A stretch of 26,364 bases of DNA from NCBI GenBank assembly GCA_963712115.1, contig CAVQGX010000047.1, positions 1 to 26,364 on the forward strand. The letters run 5' to 3'. Both the position numbers and the translations under genes were made by a program. This stretch comes from an uncultured delta proteobacterium. GTDB taxonomy: Bacteria; Desulfobacterota; Syntrophobacteria; BM002. The notes below the pieces were generated by a model. It was not told the origin of the DNA. It did no database searches and worked only from the letters and a program-made list of their open reading frames with translations. Positions 1 to 7,550 of the stretch are shown here, one piece after another. Every line of letters starts with the position of its first letter. The stretch's first letter is position 1.

Positions 1-177
1 GGCTTTCGGGTGCACCAAACGTGGTAAAGTGGGTATGAATCGGGTGCATATCGTGGTCGTTTTGTTACCTTTCGAGCTCCAATCCCAAAACCGTAAATTG
101 TTGAAATAATTAAATGCGACTTCCCAAGAGACAAAATCAAGGATTGTTCAGGTGAAGGCAGAGTAAGAGCCGGAGCT

Positions 178-260
178 ACTAGGCACTGGGCAGTAAGCAC
201 TAGGCACCATCCAAAGAATTACGTTTTTCAGTGCTTAGTGCCTCCTGCTTAGTGCTTAGT
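178..260. repeat. Inverted heptamer repeat array (GCACTAR / YTAGTGC) overlapping the 3' end of the histidine kinase gene
   Basis: Left arm actaggcactgggcagtaagcactaggcac (178-207) faces right arm agtgcttagtgcctcctgcttagtgcttagt (230-260). The same unit occurs at 11435-11465, 12620-12636 and 14974-15060. Confidence 0.8.
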
Positions 261-1909
261 TCTTTCCCGATCGGTAGGCGGATGACAAATTTAGTACCTT
301 GGTCCTCGCTCGACTGGACCTCTATATTGCCGCCGTGCTCTTCTATAATCTTTTTGGTGACCGCCAAACCCAGCCCAGTTCCCTGACTTCCCTTAGTGCT
401 AAAGAAAACATCAAAGATCCGCTGGCGGATATGCTCGGGGATACCTGCGCCGTTATCATCAACTGTAATAAGAATTTCGCTCTCCCCTTGCTTCTGCGTA
501 CTGATCTTTACCTCACCTTCTTCTTCATCCAAGGCGTCAATTGCATTGGTGAGCAAGTTGAGTAAACAGCGGTGAATTCCTTGAGGATCCGCTAAGATGC
601 GCGGAAGCTTTGGGTCCAGGTCGAGCTGTAGCTTTCCGTGTTTTGTCATGATCCGATCATGACACAATTCCGCAGCTTCCTTGCAAACTCCGTTTATGTG
701 GCAGGGTTGAATATCTGGCTTCCTGTCCTTGGAATAAGCGAGCATGTCCAGCACCAGGTTGCTTATACGCTGATTGCTGCGCCGAAGAATTTTCCAGACT
801 CTGTTGATTATACTCAAATCCTCGGCTGCAAGTGCCTTCTCCACCATGTCATGGGAGGTGTCCATGGCAGCGACTATATTCTTGATATAGTGGGAGAGTC
901 CTGATATTGCCTGACCCATTGCAGCAAGTCGTTCATTTTGGATTTTGTCTTTGTAGAGCTGGGCATTTTCTACTGCGATGCCGGCAGCATTGCCGATGGC
1001 ATCCAGGAGCATAAGGTCTTCCTGGCTGAATGCACCCGCGCCGGTGGTGTCCACGTGAATGATACCGACAATCCGCTTACGCCCACGGAGCGGAGAACAC
1101 ATGGCCGAGCGTATTTGGTGAAGAACCACACTCTCGGCCATGCCAAACTTTGAGTCTGCCATGGCGTCGGCGATGAGCACTGATTCTTTTTTTTCCAGAA
1201 CGTGTGAGATGATGTTTTGGCTAATGCTAACTTTGTGATCGAGACCTTCCTTGTTTTGCCAGCGTGAGGACTTGACTTCCAACTGATCCGTGTTGGGATC
1301 GATGAGAAGGACGAAGCCGCGTTCGGCCCGGACGGTTGCGAAAGTCTCGTCTAGAACCTTGTTGAGCAGCACATCCAGATCAAAAATAGAGCTGGCTAAG
1401 CGGGTTACCCGATACATGGCACCCAGACTGAGATGGCTGCGGCCCAGCAAGTCCATGAGCATGGAGGAACTTAGCGCCTGGGTGATGTTCATGACGGAGG
1501 CAGGCTCCGATTCAGAGGGCTGGAAAATCTGCTGAGCGTCGGGCTGGTGCAGGAGCGTAGGCTCATCCGCAGGTGGCACAGGTTGCGATAGTCTTTCCAC
1601 TTGATGAGTATAGTCAGTGGCAGGGCGCAGCAGGAGCTCAACTTTACCCAGAGTCAAGCGGTCGTCAACTTTTAACTCGCTGCTTCTTAATGGAACGCCG
1701 TTTACCAGAACACCATTTACACTATCGAGATCCTCAATAATGAGATTGTCACCATTAATAACAATCCTGGCATGTTGCCTCGAAAGCGTCCTATCGTCGA
1801 AATAGATCTGACAGCTCTGGTCGCGACCTATGATTACTTCTTCGTCCTTTAGCAAATAGATCTGACCTTCGTCCGGGCCTTTAATGACCAGCAACTCGTA
1901 GGCTGCCAT
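200..1909 (-). CDS. FHA-GAF sensor histidine kinase (FHA + GAF + HisKA + HATPase_c), cytoplasmic
   Basis: FHA motifs IGR..., LSRQHA and DLDSVNG. GAF segment IRSAMCSPL...VGIIHVD. H-box LSHYIKN, N-box NLLTNAIDA, G1 DDNGAGI, F-box IFDVFFSTK, G2 GTGLGL. No transmembrane helix is apparent. Confidence 0.93.
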   Translation of the reverse strand: MAAYELLVIKGPDEGQIYLLKDEEVIIGRDQSCQIYFDDRTLSRQHARIVINGDNLIIEDLDSVNGVLVNGVPLRSSELKVDDRLTLGKVELLLRPATDYTHQVERLSQPVPPADEPTLLHQPDAQQIFQPSESEPASVMNITQALSSSMLMDLLGRSHLSLGAMYRVTRLASSIFDLDVLLNKVLDETFATVRAERGFVLLIDPNTDQLEVKSSRWQNKEGLDHKVSISQNIISHVLEKKESVLIADAMADSKFGMAESVVLHQIRSAMCSPLRGRKRIVGIIHVDTTGAGAFSQEDLMLLDAIGNAAGIAVENAQLYKDKIQNERLAAMGQAISGLSHYIKNIVAAMDTSHDMVEKALAAEDLSIINRVWKILRRSNQRISNLVLDMLAYSKDRKPDIQPCHINGVCKEAAELCHDRIMTKHGKLQLDLDPKLPRILADPQGIHRCLLNLLTNAIDALDEEEGEVKISTQKQGESEILITVDDNGAGIPEHIRQRIFDVFFSTKGSQGTGLGLAVTKKIIEEHGGNIEVQSSEDQGTKFVIRLPIGKELSTKQEALSTEKRNSLDGA

Positions 1910-1964
1910 TGCTTATCCCTAATACTTTAAAATATCAACAAAAAAGAAAACTTGTTTCCTTGAG

Positions 1965-2060
1965 CGGATGTTTCATGAATCACCTACTGCAACCGCGGAT
2001 ATGGCCGTCCTTCCGGGCGTCCTCGGGTGTCGCACCTTGCGACGTACCGTTAGGTACGCC
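1965..2060. repeat. Truncated MITE/REP-like palindromic element (one end plus apical CGTAC-loop-GTACG hairpin)
   Basis: cggatgtttcatgaatc (1965-1981) is the exact reverse complement of 24166-24182. The segment ends in the hairpin acgtacc-gtta-ggtacgc, which resembles the apex of the 22182-22375 element. Confidence 0.6.
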
Positions 2061-2107
2061 AGAAGCTGAAATTGAGCTAACTAAGAGCAAGAACTGGGCC
2101 AAAGTTA

Positions 2108-2225
2108 GGAGTCAGTAGCCAGTAGTCAGAATCCAGGAGGCATAGGGCATAGGGAAAATAAAGCTGGCAGCTAGCAACTAGCAGCAGGCAGCTTTTTCAA
2201 CTAGGCACTGAGGAGTCAGAGGTCA
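2108..2225 (+). repeat. Mixed heptamer tandem repeats (AGTCAGT/AGCCAGT, GGCATAG, GCTAGCA, TCAGAGG)
   Basis: Read directly: agtcagtagccagtagtcag, ggcatagggcataggg, gctggcagctagcaactagcagcaggcagc and gtcagaggtca, the last abutting the IS. Confidence 0.75.
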
Positions 2226-2239
2226 CATATGAAAAGTGA

Positions 2240-2245
2240 AGTAAA
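2240..2245 (-). promoter_or_regulatory. Outward-facing -35 (TTTACT) of the predicted IS circle-junction promoter
   Basis: The circle junction would read TTTACT-tcacttttcatatgTGg-TTAAAT: a 17-nt spacer with TG-N before a weak -10 supplied by 3732-3737. Junction promoters are established for IS1111/IS110 elements. Confidence 0.5.
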
Positions 2246-2607
2246 GAAAAACTTATCCATTACCGTGAAATCGAGTTTTTGACTTCACAGGACGACCGTG
2301 AGCCTTGTTGGCCATGTGGGAGCAGACCATCACTTAACTTATGAAGTGTGCATACACAGTCGGGTGATCGGATCAACATGACAGTGCGGGCCGTGTTCTT
2401 TCCAGTCAGATATATGAGTCTGTTTTTCCTGAGAGGAAAATGACTAGGGTCACATTGGGTATAAAGGCCGGGGGCCTATCCAGAGGTCGAGCCTGTCGCC
2501 CCGAAGCATCGGGGGTGGCTAGACGTCTATTGATCGAGACTCACCCGGCAACCCGGATCCGCCGGACTGGTCTGCGCACTTCAGTCCAGTTAATGGTGCT
2601 GTCTCCT
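2246..2607 (-). ncRNA. Putative bridge RNA / seekRNA encoded in the IS 3' non-coding end (boundaries approximate)
   Basis: About 380 nt without a credible ORF, downstream of the transposase. Hairpins include CCCCGA-UGCU-UCGGGG, AGGCC-CCC-GGCCU and GUGAAGUC-N8-GAUUUCAC. It contains GACCUCUG (2488-2481), identical to left target plus core. Confidence 0.65.
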
Positions 2608-3660
2608 TTAGACAACGTTCATCTGTGGCGAATCCAGGAACAGTTCAGGCCTATAGGCATCTCCTCTTTTCCACATGCCGTACATGACGGCAATGATCTT
2701 TCGCTGGGTATTGAGTCTGGCATGGACATGGCTTAGAGTCTGCCGCAAGGAGCGTGAGTAAAACTTTCTAACCTCGTTATCGCCTCCCATGGCACCAAGC
2801 CATGCTCGATAGCTCAAGGCTTTGAGTTCTGAGACACCGGATCTGTCCAGCCGTTTAAATCCCAGCGGTTTACCGTCGCTGGAGCGATCGGTGATCCCTA
2901 AGCGGCAATAGCGCCAGAGTTTACGCTTATGAGCAAAGCGGTGGGGAGTTTGAATGAAGGCATCGAAAATATGGGAAAGAATCTCCCCTATGCCAGGCAT
3001 CTTTTCGAATTCTTTGATCTCAGGATATTTACGCCCGAGTTGCTTCATTGCCTTAAGAGCTCTTTTTTGCATGGACTCGGTTTCATCCATTAGACAATAG
3101 AGACGATGAAGTTGATTACGAATATGAAGATGCTTCACCCTTTGCAGATAATCATCACGGCTGGTGCCATAGACGGCTTGGCCTGTTACCTCAATAACAC
3201 CCCAGTGACGGTACATAGCTTTAATCTTGTTCTTCAACACCACCTGCTGATCGCGAAGATCTATATAGTGTTGAACCGCCGACTTAAATATGGCGCGGTC
3301 ATCATTTTCAGCATGATAAACCCGGTTCAACTCCCCCAGTCTAAGAAGACGGCACAACTTGTGGGTATCAACCTTATCTCTCTTGTTGGCACTGCGGTAG
3401 ATCAAGGCGTTCTCCCTGGGATCAGAGGAGATGACTTCGGTTACATAGGGTCTGGCCACCTGGGCAGCCCAATAGGCAAGGTTACTTTCTTCCAGTGCCA
3501 GATACTTCTCCTTTGCTTTAACAGCTTTGAGGGCCTGGATAATGTGTCGCTCGGATGTGGGAAATCTTCTGTTTCCAATAAAAGTTCCATCAAAATCCAT
3601 GTGGCCGAGAACACAGTGACCTGCATGTACATCTATAGCCAGATATGCTACCTTTTTCAT
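2608..3660 (-). CDS. IS110-family transposase / bridge recombinase (DEDD_Tnp_IS110 + Transposase_20)
   Basis: RuvC-like DEDD motifs LAIDVH, ALEES and KRDKVD. C-terminal MPGIG...(YCRLG)...RSSDGK carries the candidate catalytic Ser. Intact 350-aa ORF. Confidence 0.95.
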   Translation of the reverse strand: MKKVAYLAIDVHAGHCVLGHMDFDGTFIGNRRFPTSERHIIQALKAVKAKEKYLALEESNLAYWAAQVARPYVTEVISSDPRENALIYRSANKRDKVDTHKLCRLLRLGELNRVYHAENDDRAIFKSAVQHYIDLRDQQVVLKNKIKAMYRHWGVIEVTGQAVYGTSRDDYLQRVKHLHIRNQLHRLYCLMDETESMQKRALKAMKQLGRKYPEIKEFEKMPGIGEILSHIFDAFIQTPHRFAHKRKLWRYCRLGITDRSSDGKPLGFKRLDRSGVSELKALSYRAWLGAMGGDNEVRKFYSRSLRQTLSHVHARLNTQRKIIAVMYGMWKRGDAYRPELFLDSPQMNVV

Positions 3661-3740
3661 TGGACGACCTACTTTGTGGTGTGTTTTGGTTTTTCGGTAA
3701 TTCCTTTATACACCACGGTCGTCCGTTTTTCATTTAACCA

Positions 3741-3836
3741 GAGGTCAAAATTTCAAATTTCGAAATTATACCATTACGGTTTGAACGAATCCGGCGGAGC
3801 CGGATGATAGAACGATTTGAACGACTTGAACGAACT
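3741..3836. repeat. Host repeat tract flanking the IS: GAGGTCA/AAATTTC heptamers followed by TTGAACGAN nonamers
   Basis: gaggtcaaaatttcaaatttcgaaatt, then tttgaacgaat...atagaacgatttgaacgacttgaacgaac. Confidence 0.6.
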
Positions 3837-3842
3837 GGGACC

Positions 3843-4475
3843 TCATCTCACAAATGGGTTGTATTGCTTCTCCTTGCCTATAGTGGACTGGGGCGAAGTG
3901 CCGTAATTGTGTCCCGGAAAGACCAGAGTGTCATCGGGCAGGGTTAGGAGTTTGGTCTTAATAGACAGAATGAGTTGGGGCATGGAGCCGCCTGGAAGGT
4001 CGGTACGTCCGATTCCGCCAACGAATAGGGTATCACCGGTAAACACATAACCATTGGTATAGAGAGACATCCCTCCAGGAGTGTGGCCTGGTGTATGAAT
4101 AACCTCGAGGAATTGCTTGCCGAATTCGATCCGATCACCTTCCTCGACGGTTATGTCTGGGGGAGGTGATGCTTCGCACTGAAAAATCTGTAGGGCTAGA
4201 GATGAAGGATTAGCCAGTCTTTCAGCGTCATCTTTGTGGATCACAATCTGAGCTTTGGTTCTCTCTTTCATGTCCCTGTTGCCCCCTGCATGATCGGCAT
4301 GGCAGTGGGTGTTGACAATGTATTTGATCTTGTCAATTTTCCTGTTCGCTGCGACATCCAAAAGAAGTCCCACCTGATCTGCTGGATCGATGACGATTCC
4401 CTCACCGGTTTCCGGACAACCAACTACATAAGCAAAAACCGCAAAGTTACCCACTTGTATTTGTTCAATAATCAT
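3843..4475 (-). CDS. MBL-fold metallo-hydrolase (glyoxalase II-like, YcbL/GloC-like)
   Basis: Motifs THCHADH, HTPGHTPGG, FTGDTLF and PGH. Start moved to the ATG at 4475 (MIIEQIQVG), which follows GGAGGAG. Confidence 0.92.
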   Translation of the reverse strand: MIIEQIQVGNFAVFAYVVGCPETGEGIVIDPADQVGLLLDVAANRKIDKIKYIVNTHCHADHAGGNRDMKERTKAQIVIHKDDAERLANPSSLALQIFQCEASPPPDITVEEGDRIEFGKQFLEVIHTPGHTPGGMSLYTNGYVFTGDTLFVGGIGRTDLPGGSMPQLILSIKTKLLTLPDDTLVFPGHNYGTSPQSTIGKEKQYNPFVR

Positions 4476-4614
4476 GTCTCCTCCGCTGTTAGATTTACAT
4501 TCACGTCGAAAATTCAAGTGTACAATATAACATGTAGAGCCAGAGCTTTTAAGTGGCAACAAACCTTTTAAGGGAGTATTGGAGTGCTGGAAAAGACTAG
4601 CACTTAATTAGCTA

Positions 4615-5298
4615 CTATACTTCCTGCCTCGCAGCAATTTGGGCAATGATTTCCTTACCCGAGCTGGTTCCGATACGGTGAGCGCCGGCTTCTACCATTG
4701 CCTTTAAATCCTGGATCGTCCTGATCCCCCCAGCAGCCTTAACTTTGATCCTGCCCTGGCCACATTCGGCCAGAAGTTTTACCTCAGCCACTGAGGCTCC
4801 AGAGGGACCAAAGCCGGTTGCGGTTTTGACAAAATCAAGTCCGGTGCTCACTGCCAGCTCGCAGAGATATTTCTTCTCTGTGTGTGTGAGATAACCGGTT
4901 TCCAGAATGACCTTCACCACGGCGCTCTCAGCTCCCCTCCGCATTGCCTCCATTTCTGCTTCGACGAGCCCATAATTTCTCCCCTTTACCGCACCCAAAT
5001 TTACCACGTAGTCGATCTCGTCGGCGCCGGTATCCAAGGCAGCTTGCATAGTCATCACTTTACTTTCAGTAGTTTCGAAACCTAAAGGAAAACCCGCAAC
5101 AGTGCAAACCCTAACCTCGCTGGTTCTCGCAACTTTGGCAGCAAGTTTTACCCAGATCGGTGCGATGCACACAGCAGCAAAGCCCAGGGCTACAGCCTCT
5201 TCGCAGAATATTTGAACTTGATCTTCCCTGGCCGTGGGTTGCAACAGGGTCTGGTCGATTATACTGGCCACTTCTCGAGGATTCTCGAAACTAATCAT
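4615..5298 (-). CDS. deoC: Deoxyribose-phosphate aldolase
   Basis: Motifs IDQTLL, GFPLG, GADEIDYVVN, KVILETGYL, FVKTATGF (Schiff-base Lys), VKAAGGIR and RIGTSSG. Confidence 0.96.
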   Translation of the reverse strand: MISFENPREVASIIDQTLLQPTAREDQVQIFCEEAVALGFAAVCIAPIWVKLAAKVARTSEVRVCTVAGFPLGFETTESKVMTMQAALDTGADEIDYVVNLGAVKGRNYGLVEAEMEAMRRGAESAVVKVILETGYLTHTEKKYLCELAVSTGLDFVKTATGFGPSGASVAEVKLLAECGQGRIKVKAAGGIRTIQDLKAMVEAGAHRIGTSSGKEIIAQIAARQEV

Positions 5299-5412
5299 GT
5301 CCTTTCAGTCCCTTCTGCTTAAGAGGATCAAATTTACCTCTCGCCCGCTCTCCCGCTCAGCGGGCTCGCTCGAGCCCTCTGAGTTCTCTGCGAGCTCTGT
5401 GAGAGAAAAGAA

Positions 5413-5961
5413 TTAACTTCGATTATAAATGATCCGGTTGTTCTTCACAGTAGCCAGTCGTGAAAGTTCGTGGACAATAGTCCTTCCAATGTCCAGGATG
5501 TGTATGACCTCGAATCCCTGAACGAAGAGGTAGTCAGCGAGAAATGACCGATGACACCTGTGAGGTAAGGTTTCGGCACACATGAAACAGGCAGAACCCA
5601 AAGTAACCAACTGGCTTAGCTTGTTTGCCGCTGTCTGGAATGATTCCGTATTCATGTAATCAGCATAGTTTCGAAATCCAGGACTTTCGAGGGCTACATG
5701 GGGCGATGTGTTCCCCAGTCCCTCTCTGCGAAAACCACCCAGATCAGGAAACCAGGTATAAAAAATAGCAGATTTGTTGAGCATATGCTCGAGGTTTTCT
5801 CTGTCAAAGTGAGGATTACGTCTAGAGCTGGGATAGGATCGGACGTCGGCAAGGTGTTTGATTCGAAACTCTTGGATTAAATCCATAAACGTCTCGATAC
5901 TTCTGTTACCATGACCAATAGAGTAAAGCCTGTTGGTTGTGTTTTTTAACTTATCTGTCAT
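5413..5961 (-). CDS. DUF488 family protein
   Basis: Motifs YSIGHGNRS, LADVRSYPSSRRNPHF, LGGFR and FMCAETLPHRCHRSFLADYL. Confidence 0.9.
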   Translation of the reverse strand: MTDKLKNTTNRLYSIGHGNRSIETFMDLIQEFRIKHLADVRSYPSSRRNPHFDRENLEHMLNKSAIFYTWFPDLGGFRREGLGNTSPHVALESPGFRNYADYMNTESFQTAANKLSQLVTLGSACFMCAETLPHRCHRSFLADYLFVQGFEVIHILDIGRTIVHELSRLATVKNNRIIYNRS

Positions 5962-5982
5962 ATGGGCAATATAGCATAAAAT

Positions 5983-6062
5983 GTCCGTTGTAAGTTGTCC
6001 GTTGCGCAGACTGCACAGGGCATGGAGTCAGGGGCACAAGGCGCAGGGCGCAAGGCATAAGG
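5983..6062 (+). repeat. Heptamer tandem repeats (GTCCGTT; GGCGCAR-like)
   Basis: gtccgttgtaagttgtccgttg and gcacagggcatgg...ggcacaaggcgcagggcgcaaggcataagg. Confidence 0.65.
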
Positions 6063-6274
6063 TGAAAGGAGCGAGAATTCGAGCGAGCCAGGAAGTGAGC
6101 TTATCTTGGCATTTCGAGCCTTAAATCTGCCGTGTGGTCGTAGTGTAAGGTTCTGTTAGTAAAGCGAATGTTGCTTGCTGGATTGCCGTTCATTGAAGGA
6201 CAATGTTATGGAAGGTGAGCAACTGTGGGAGCGGACTTTCAAGCCGACGATTTAGACTCTACAGGAGAGTGGTG

Positions 6275-7288
6275 ATGACCACTGAACTACTGCCTGCGGG
6301 CAAGCTTAGACCTGAGACTTTGGCAAAACTTTTGCGTCACACCTCCCAGGCCCCAGAGGTGGTGGTAGGACCCGCGGTGGGAGAAGATGCGGCTGTAATT
6401 GAACATGGCAACCAGTACTTGGTAGTTGCCACCGATCCCATTACCTTTGCCACTGAGCGCTGCGGTTGGTACTCTGTATTTGTAAACGCCAATGATATAG
6501 CTGCTTGTGGCGGCACTCCTCGTTATTATTCTGCGGCCATTGTCTTGCCTGAAGGGAAGACCAGCCTGGCGGATGTGGAAACCCTTTTTGCCGAGATCGA
6601 AAATGCCTGCCGAGAAATTGGAGTTCTCTGGGTTGGGGGACATACGGAGGTAAGCTCGGCAGTCAATACTGTGCTGGTTGCCGGTCAGATGATTGGTGAT
6701 GTGACACCGGATCACCTCTGTCGCAGCAGTGACGCCCAAGTGGGTGATTTTATCGTCTTGGTTAAGGCCGCCGCTATTGAGGCAACCGCCATCATTGCAA
6801 TTGAGAAGGTAGATGAGGTAGCAGCATTACACGGTGAGGCAATACTGAAGAAAAGCCAGAATTTCCTGCTGGAGCCTGGAATAAGCGTAGTTAAGGAGGC
6901 GGCTTTAGCTCGAAATTTTCCGGTGAACGCCATGCATGATCCTACCGAAGGGGGGGTGACCACCGGGATCAGAGAAATCTGTATGGCCTCCAATTGCGGT
7001 GCCTTGGTCAAGGCCAAAGCTATTCCCATACTCCCGGAAACAGCGGCACTATGCCATCAGTTTGGCCTTGATCCTCTAGGTGCCATCTCTTCGGGGGCAC
7101 TACTGCTTACTTTGCCAGCGGAAGCAGCTCCCGGTCTCATGGCTGAATATTCAAAGAAGGGGATTCAGGCGGCAGTAATAGGAGAGATCGCGCCCCTTGG
7201 CGCAGGGTTGCAAATAGAAAATGCAGACGGGAAAGTGACACCCCTACCCGAATTTGTTGCCGACGAGATTACCAAGTTGTACAAGTAA
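6275..7288 (+). CDS. AIR synthase (PurM/HypE/ThiL-like) family protein
   Basis: Motifs GKL...GPAVGEDAAV, TDPIT, VNANDIA, GGHTEV, AMHDPTEGGV, ISSGALL and DEITKL. Start placed at ATG 6275 after AGGAG. Confidence 0.88.
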   Translation: MTTELLPAGKLRPETLAKLLRHTSQAPEVVVGPAVGEDAAVIEHGNQYLVVATDPITFATERCGWYSVFVNANDIAACGGTPRYYSAAIVLPEGKTSLADVETLFAEIENACREIGVLWVGGHTEVSSAVNTVLVAGQMIGDVTPDHLCRSSDAQVGDFIVLVKAAAIEATAIIAIEKVDEVAALHGEAILKKSQNFLLEPGISVVKEAALARNFPVNAMHDPTEGGVTTGIREICMASNCGALVKAKAIPILPETAALCHQFGLDPLGAISSGALLLTLPAEAAPGLMAEYSKKGIQAAVIGEIAPLGAGLQIENADGKVTPLPEFVADEITKLYK

Positions 7289-7490
7289 TTTCCCACGCCT
7301 CACCTCTCATCCAACTAAATGCTGTAGTGCTCTACTCATAGCTTTGATCACAGGCTGGGGAGTGTTGGAGTAATGGGGTAGTGGAGTTGGGTATATAAAA
7401 AAGTACAAATAGCTGCGCTAGGGTTGAAGAGAGGATACTGTTTTGTCCATCTATACAAATAAACATAAGCGATTTCAGCCATATAGAGCT

Positions 7491-7506
7491 TGGCACAAGC
7501 TTTGCT
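7491..7506 (+). promoter_or_regulatory. Sigma-54 (-24/-12) promoter
   Basis: TGGCAC-AAGCT-TTGCT matches TGGCAC-N5-TTGCW, 45 nt upstream of the ATG at 7551. Confidence 0.8.
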
Positions 7507-7550
7507 GTTTGGCTGGGTATCTTTCAACCATAAGTGCAGGAGCGAGATCA

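Larger units (their letters stand above)
2226..3740 (-). mobile_element. IS110-superfamily insertion sequence with IS1111-type architecture (short left end, long 3' non-coding end), about 1.5 kb
   Basis: Encodes a DEDD transposase. Sub-terminal inverted repeats ATGAAAA lie at 2229-2235 (+) and 3727-3733 (-), matching at 9/12 when extended, 3 and 5 nt from a duplicated CA core (2224-2225, 3739-3740). This gives a 10-bp IR-IR spacer in the predicted circle. Removal restores gtcagaggtCAgaggtca. Confidence 0.85.

Noticed and set aside
2217-2225. cagaggtca at both sides of the IS (also 3739-3747) read as a 9-bp target-site duplication
   Set aside because: IS110-family elements do not make such duplications. 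The identity follows from insertion into a tandem heptamer with a 2-bp core.
2310-2467. Candidate donor-binding guides (ttcataagt, caatgtg, ttatacc, ccacat)
   Set aside because: Matches to the predicted circle junction are short or mismatched and cannot be told from chance by eye.
3765-3780. Alternative IS left end at 3771-3773, which would give a perfect TTTACT-N17-TATAAT circle promoter and a 9/10 match of the flank to 2257-2266
   Set aside because: The 3739-3740 core explains more: IS1111-type IR spacing of 10 bp, a restored tandem heptamer target and an exact 8-nt guide match. It is not fully excluded without other copies.
2440-3807. Plus-strand ORFs 2440-2736 and 3106-3807
   Set aside because: Antisense shadows of the transposase and its non-coding ends, with no recognisable motifs.
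6275-7288. Calling this gene hypE, thiL or selD
   Set aside because: Only family-level motifs are visible and there is no hydrogenase, thiamine or selenium context.
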